From assembly GCF_000315625.1 (NCBI RefSeq), contig NW_005434643.1:627202-687544 (forward strand): 60,343 bases of DNA, written 5' to 3'. This DNA comes from Guillardia theta CCMP2712. Lineage: Eukaryota; Protista; Cryptophyta. The position numbers were made by a program, and so were the translations under genes. Position 1 is the first letter of the stretch, and each line of letters opens with the position of its first letter. Of the stretch, positions 54,520 to 60,343 are shown piece by piece. The notes under the pieces are model-generated. The model did not search any database, was not told the origin of the DNA, and was given only the letters and a program-made list of their open reading frames with translations.

Positions 54520-55320
54520 CACCGTCACTGTCGCGCGTAAATAACTTATTACAGTACTGATTGTCCTCGTACTGATTTTTAACTTAACTTTGAGTAAAGG
54601 TTCCATTACAGTACCCGGCGTACGGTAGTCGCGCCACCGTCGTGCCCACCGGGGCCCGGGGCACCGCCCGGGGACCGGGGCCCGGTACCGTCCTACGGCT
54701 ACGGTCACCGATCACGAAGTGCGGGGGCCGGTACCGTTGAAACAGTGCGGCAGTGCCTAAGCCTGACGCCGTTGGCAAGCCCGGGGGTTGGTGAAGTGAC
54801 TTCGCCGAGTCGCCCGGCGCGCGCCCGAGTCGGCCCTTGAAGGGCCTCGGAGGCTCCGGTCAGGGTGGCTACGCGGCCTAGTCATGATGGACTCAGATAG
54901 GCTGCCGCGTGCGCCGCACAGTTACCGTACTACGGTACGGTACGGTAAGTTTGTGCTTGAAGTCGAAAGGCCCACTGCCCGTCACGGGCCTGAAATCATG
55001 GTCAGCCGTTTCCTCAAAGGCAGTCAGCCTTACTATTTAAAACCTTCATCAGTACGAGGGGGATCATCGGATGATCGGACAATCCGGTCACTGACAGTGA
55101 CTCGGTGACGTGACTAGTAACTTGGCCCGGGGGGGGGAGTTTGCCAACTTGCAAATTGCAAGCCCGGCCGGCGGGGCCCGGGGGTCCGAGCCGGTGGCGG
55201 GCAGCCCGCCGCCCGGCCCGCCCTGCCCGGCGGGCTGGCCCGGGCAGCGCCGGCGCCGGGTCCGGAGGCTACAACTGTGAGTGTCTCGTACTGATTTTTA
55301 ATTCACCCACCCACCCCCGG
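54520..55320. other. GC-rich intergenic island with three copies or partial copies of the shared motif
   Basis: 54557-54597 full motif; 55048-55059 (atcagtacgagg) and 55285-55301 (ctcgtactgatttttaa) in inverted orientation. Confidence 0.7.
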
Positions 55321-56234
55321 TGTTATAAAACTAATAACTCTCTAAAACCAGATCCCCTTTCCCTGGAATGCGAACCTCCCACCCCCTACCCCCTCAGCAG
55401 CTCTCGAACCACCCCCTGTCCCTGTAAAAAATTGCCCCCAACCCCCTTGGCTCTCCCACTTTGTATAAAATTATTGTAGTTCATATCTATTGCTGCTCTC
55501 AACTCTGATGCCTACCCCACCCCCTCTTCAAAAAGTAACCCCCACAACCCCTACACACTAGAACGAGGGGAGTTCAACAGGTATATAATGCCCCCCCCTT
55601 ACGGGTTGGGGTTCGGGGGGGATTTTTTAGCAAGACAACTTCCCGAATGCATATTTGTTCGTTGTTTATTTGAAAAGCAATGGAATATTTTGAATCTTTC
55701 CTGGAAATTGCTGCTTACTGGATCATTTTTAATGACAATCATGGGTTTTAAGTCCTATGACTTTGGTCATAGTAATTGTTCTAGAGATCCCAGTACGTAT
55801 ACTAGAGCACCACTTCCTCCTATCCCCCCACAACATTTCTGCACCACTTTTTCTACTGTGTTGACAGGGTAACTGGGGGGTGGGGTAGCATCCAACACCA
55901 CCAGGGGTATAATAATCTCAAAAATCACTCCCATCCGCATTTTCGATCACAGTGCTACAGTAGCTCCAACCACCCCTGTGTCGCAAGCAGCCAGCTCTTC
56001 ATTCGTTCGAACGACATTGACATCGTCCCTCCACCATCAGTTGGCTCTCTTCCCTTCTTCAAGCGCACACTGCCTTCACGTCGAATGCCTGAACAGTTCT
56101 GGTGTCAATAGTGCTTCCCTCTAGTTTTGTTCTTCCTCGGAGTTTTTTTGGATTAGCGTCTCGCCAACACCAGATATCAGCGCTATACATCCTGTTTTTA
56201 ACGATTATTTTCTTTCATTTGATCTTCCAAAAAT

Positions 56235-56795
56235 ATGAACCTGCAAGGTTACACATTCACAGATTTGATGGATGAAGCACTTGGGCATATTGAGAGCAAT
56301 ACAAGGTTCTCTGACATGAAGCTGTTCGACGGCGTAAGCTCGGGATGTACAATAGAAACAAGCAACGAAAGCACCTCAGCAGATGCCGAAGTCGGTAGTA
56401 TCTCTTCAGGAGACGAGATAGCACATCAAGGACACGACGCTGTTGGAGTAGGCGGGAAAGCCACCATCTCAGGAGAAGAAGCGCGTGAAATATTTTCGCG
56501 AAAGCCGGTGGATACTGGGTTGACTACTAGAGCTAGCATCATTCTGAGCAAGAGCTTTCATATCAGTCCTAAGGCAGTGCGTGACATCTGGAACAAGAGG
56601 ACGTGGGTTCGAGAAACTTTGTCGCTGTGGACGCCGGAGGAGCTGCACAGATATGCGCAGTCCAAGAGATGCCCTATTGCCGAGGATGGGATCTGTCCTT
56701 TCGGGGAATTGTGCAACTGTAGGAAAAGACCCGGACGACCTGTGGGGTCCAAAGACTCAAAGCCAAGGAAGCGACGGATGCATTCTTCGTCATGA
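56235..56795 (+). CDS. Putative DNA-binding protein: HTH plus AT-hook-like tail
   Basis: ISGEEAREIF…SIILSKSFHISPKAVRDIWNKRTW (HTH-like); KRPGRPVGSKDSKPRKRR. Confidence 0.7.
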   Translation: MNLQGYTFTDLMDEALGHIESNTRFSDMKLFDGVSSGCTIETSNESTSADAEVGSISSGDEIAHQGHDAVGVGGKATISGEEAREIFSRKPVDTGLTTRASIILSKSFHISPKAVRDIWNKRTWVRETLSLWTPEELHRYAQSKRCPIAEDGICPFGELCNCRKRPGRPVGSKDSKPRKRRMHSSS

Positions 56796-57427
56796 AGCTG
56801 CAGATACTGTAATTTTGCGATATTAGCTGAACAAATCACTCGTGAGGTACCACGAGTACGTCTGACATCAACTCTGCTGTCAGGACGATAGGCAATACCA
56901 AGTGCTGGCTTCTCAGGCTATCAAGCCCTACTGAAGTGTAAACTGGTAAAAATTTTGCAAATGTGGCTGGAATTTTCTTTTTCTCAACGATAGACTCTAT
57001 GCTTTAGCCACTGAAACGAATAAATTCATTGATTCCTACGATCTGACGCCTGGGTTTCTTTGTCTCTAAAGGCATGGACTTGCCTGTCTACCAGGTGTTG
57101 CTGCTTGTTCTGAAGTAGAGTGGCATTTGAACACCGAAGTTCTGAGCGGGCATCCACAGTAGTGAAGTGAATCAGTCTAAACGCCTTGTCGCCATTCAAA
57201 ACCGTAAATCGCTATCGTGATCATGTCGGATGTCAAACTCAAAATACATACAAGAATTTTGATGTAAACATTGCAGGTGAAGTTTGTTAGGTTTGGGAAG
57301 GAAGAGACCGGATAACAACCAGTTGCCCCACCCACCCTCCATTTTCCATCGCTTCTTGGGGTACTGAGAAAACGGCTTGTCAAACTTATCGTCGGGAGTG
57401 ATTGATGTGAAAATAACGCCAAGCAAG

Positions 57428-59350
57428 ATGTCTTTTGCCTTGGATGCTTCATGGCGGCCGCTCCCATTCCTTTCTTGGTTCCGACTGCTTGCAATCTTGA
57501 TACATATTTGCAGTCTTCCCTTTGCTTGCTCTGTATGTCACTATACCTTCTCTCATGTTGCTAGATCTTCGTCTTGCTCATCTTTGGTAGACCCATGTCC
57601 AAATTCGTCGTGGACACCTGTTACCACCCTTCAAGACTGTAATCAAGCTGCAACTTCATTGAATGCAAGTGAAACATATTTATTCTCTTCCTCCTTTCCG
57701 GCTGGCTGTATGTATCTTCAAAGCCCGTGCTGCACATATGTTTCGTATACTGACAGCGACAACTTCAATGAGTCTGCATCGTTGCCTTTCAACATCACGA
57801 CAGTCGATCAAATGTGCGTATGCCCGTCATATGAATGTGGGCTGCTTCCTTGCCCTCCAGGATCTTCGGGGCCCGATGGAGGTCCATGTTCTCTTTGCCC
57901 AATTGGAAAGTACAAGACAACGTCTGGGTCGGGACGGTGCATGGATTGCAACCCAGGACTCTCTACTCACGAAACTGGAGCAACAGCTGACATATTTTGT
58001 GTGATTGTGTCTCCTGAATGGATAACAGAGTGGAACTCGACGATCTTTGTACGAAAACTTTGCAGTCTCGATGTTTATCGCTTGACAAATGATTCTCAGG
58101 GTCAAAATTGTGAGGTCCTGTTGAAAAGTGTAGATGCCAATCGCTCAAAGATTTGTGCCAAGAAGGGTAAGGAAAAATTGGTTGACTCTGTTCATGGAAT
58201 TGATCATGGATTGTTTCCATTTAGAGCTTGGATGCCGCAACCGATGGATTCCAATCAAGAGTCAAGTAACCGGAGACAACAGCTTTCAAAAGAATGTTCC
58301 TCTCGCTGTAACATGCGACGGCGAATGGATCTATAGCAGCCCGGAACAGGTTCTTGCGGGTTTGAACTCTAATCAAACAGTATCAGATGAAGACATTGCG
58401 AACATTTTGCTCAACCAACAAGGATTTTGGTGCAATTCGTCGTCCACGTTGAACGCATCGTTGTCTTCAAACAAGATTCTTTGCAGAGAACCGAAATCGG
58501 AGTCTTATCACAGGTGTAGATCATCAGGGATAGTATACCCTTCCTATCAGAGCTGCATCCAAGTCTGTGTGCCGCTTCCCGTTGTAAATGACTCCTGCAC
58601 TGCTTACTTATCACCTTGTCAGAACCTTTACAATGAGACTGTGCTGCTACGAGGACAAAGCAAATTTCTAGGAGAATTTGTATGGATGGAGCAGATATTT
58701 TCGGACGAGGATCCAGTTTTGGGATTTGAGGGAACTGGTCACTTTTTATCACGAATGACAGCAATCAATTCGACCGATTATCACGTTCTTCAAATCAGCT
58801 TCAATGAGTCATTTTCTCCTCGTCGACAAATTCAAGTATGGGAGCACTGGCTTACTGACTTTCTTATCAGAGCAGGCAGGAATTGTCCATCTTTCAATAC
58901 AGATTACTTCTGCGATGTCTGCCCTGGTTCACAGGTACGTCTGTTGACAATGTGAAAGGCTATCGTGAATTTGTGTTCCAGGCCTTTTATTTAGTCAAGT
59001 TCGAGTTGTTCAACTCGAGTGGCTTCAGGATCGCCACCAGCTTGCAGCTTCCTGACATCTCGTACAATTTGTCTTCGTGTTGCCTCGAAGACCACAAGTG
59101 TCCAGGGATAGCAATTCCCATCAGGAAAGCTTCTGAGGTTGACCTCGAGCAGTTGTTGATGCCGCCAGGGGTCACCACAGACAGTTTTTACTTGCTACCA
59201 GCAGGATCATTCTTGCTTGATATCGCTTTTCCTGGCTACAAGCCGGCCGGCCATCGATTCACCGTTGATCACATGGACAGCAATATTTCTTTAGTGCTTG
59301 AAAACGTTGTTGCAAACACCTGTTTGTCCGCCGATTGCACAGTGATGTAA
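57428..59350 (+). CDS. Secreted or surface Cys-rich protein with a GCC2/GCC3 (TNFR-like) repeat, multi-exon
   Basis: Hydrophobic leader; CPPGSSGPDGGPCSLCPIGKYKTTSGSGRCMDCNPG; overlapping ORFs joined by short introns (e.g. ~58167-58224). Confidence 0.7.
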
Positions 59351-59669
59351 TGGTTAAACGCCTGTATTGTCATGCGACTCGTTTTTCCTTTTCAACTTGA
59401 TATAGCAACTTCATGTCGGAAACGCATGGAACTTCTGATTGAGCTCTTCTTGTGTTGCGACACCACCTACTCCTGCCCTCCTGGCAGGTCCTTTGCCTCC
59501 TTCGATTCCACTCCACTTTTTCCGTAAGCTCCCCGCGGCCCCCTTATCTGGAATCTGCAGTGCAACCAAGCCCGTACTGTTGAGGGCCTGACAGGTCTGG
59601 GCTCCGAGCATTTCACACATGGCCGTAATCACTGTGTATCCACCTTCTCGTTCAACCTATTGTGTCGGC

Positions 59670-59685
59670 TTAGGGTTTAGGGTTT
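59670..59685 (+). repeat. Short interstitial telomeric repeat
   Basis: ttagggtttagggttt. Confidence 0.7.
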
Positions 59686-59689
59686 TGAT

Positions 59690-60192
59690 GAGATCCCGGT
59701 GGCTGTTTTCTTCCTCGGCAATGAACAAGCAGCTCTGTCATGGAAGAGAGGACTTCAAGATCAATGGTCGAAAGCTCACAGCCGTGCATGTGAACATCGC
59801 GCACGATCGATCTGTCAAGATTCGAGCTGAAGCTGAGAGGACCCTGGGGCAAAGGGGGCAGCTTAGCAGCGCTGACTCACCTGCTAACCTTGGGCGGCAT
59901 GACGACGGCTGAGGTTGCCGACGTCTATCGCTTCCAGCTGCTGTGCACTGAGTCGTTGGTAGCGGTACAGCTCCAGCCGCTGGCAGGCATGCTGGTCGCT
60001 GGGCCAGGCCCGGCAAGGTCAGAAAGGCTTCGTCGCTGTAGGGGCCAACGCCGACGGTCATTTGAAGGCAAAAGGAGGTCGAGTGGATCGTCTCCTCGAG
60101 CTGCCCAGAGGCGAATGATACAACATTCCGAGCTTTCCGAGAGAGCGAAGCGATGAAGGGAGTACACCTGACTCTGTTCATCGAGGACCCGA
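59690..60192 (+). pseudogene. Spliced gene fragment truncated by the telomere
   Basis: A 50-nt GT-AG intron (60018-60067) joins …GPGPAR to QKEVEWIVSSSC…LFIEDPK, which reads without a stop into the telomere. Confidence 0.45.
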
Positions 60193-60343
60193 AGGGTTTA
60201 GGGTTTAGGGTTTAGGGTTTAGGGTTTAGGGTTTAGGGGTTTAGGGTTTAGGGTTTAGGGTTTAGGGTTTAGGGTTTAGGGGTTTAGGGTTTAGGGTTTA
60301 GGGTTTAGGGTTTAGGGTTTAGGGTTTAGGGTTTAGGGTTTAG
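60193..60343 (+). repeat. Telomere (TTTAGGG)n, right chromosome end
   Basis: ~21 tandem units running to the end of the sequence, G-rich strand 5'->3' outward; two TTTAGGGG variants. Confidence 0.98.

Overview
Chromosome-end window of a compact, intron-rich eukaryotic nuclear genome. The ~45-60 nt GT-AG introns, microsatellite-inflated introns, RWP-RK gene, plastid-targeted DUF3611 and TTTAGGG telomere suggest a cryptophyte alga such as Guillardia theta; this identification is an inference. About 18 spliced genes are recognisable: NADAR, GH27 alpha-galactosidase, IWR1/SLC7A6OS, GT10 fucosyltransferase, CWF19L2, DUF3611, TPR-Znf-F-box-LRR, RWP-RK, an uncharacterised wHTH-like/CorA-like membrane protein, NCA2/DGS1, FHA coiled-coil, a P/Q/Y-rich secreted protein, tandem SPRY, PH-PDZ, C2H2, Sfi1-like, HTH plus AT-hook, and a Cys-rich surface protein. 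The window also holds a decayed Crinkler/RHS-type NTPase-REase gene, GC-rich intergenic islands sharing a ~40-bp inverted-repeat motif, three 100-N gaps, and a telomere joined directly to a truncated spliced gene fragment. Exon boundaries were read by eye and gene limits are approximate. Most long ORFs in the supplied track are simple-repeat artefacts.
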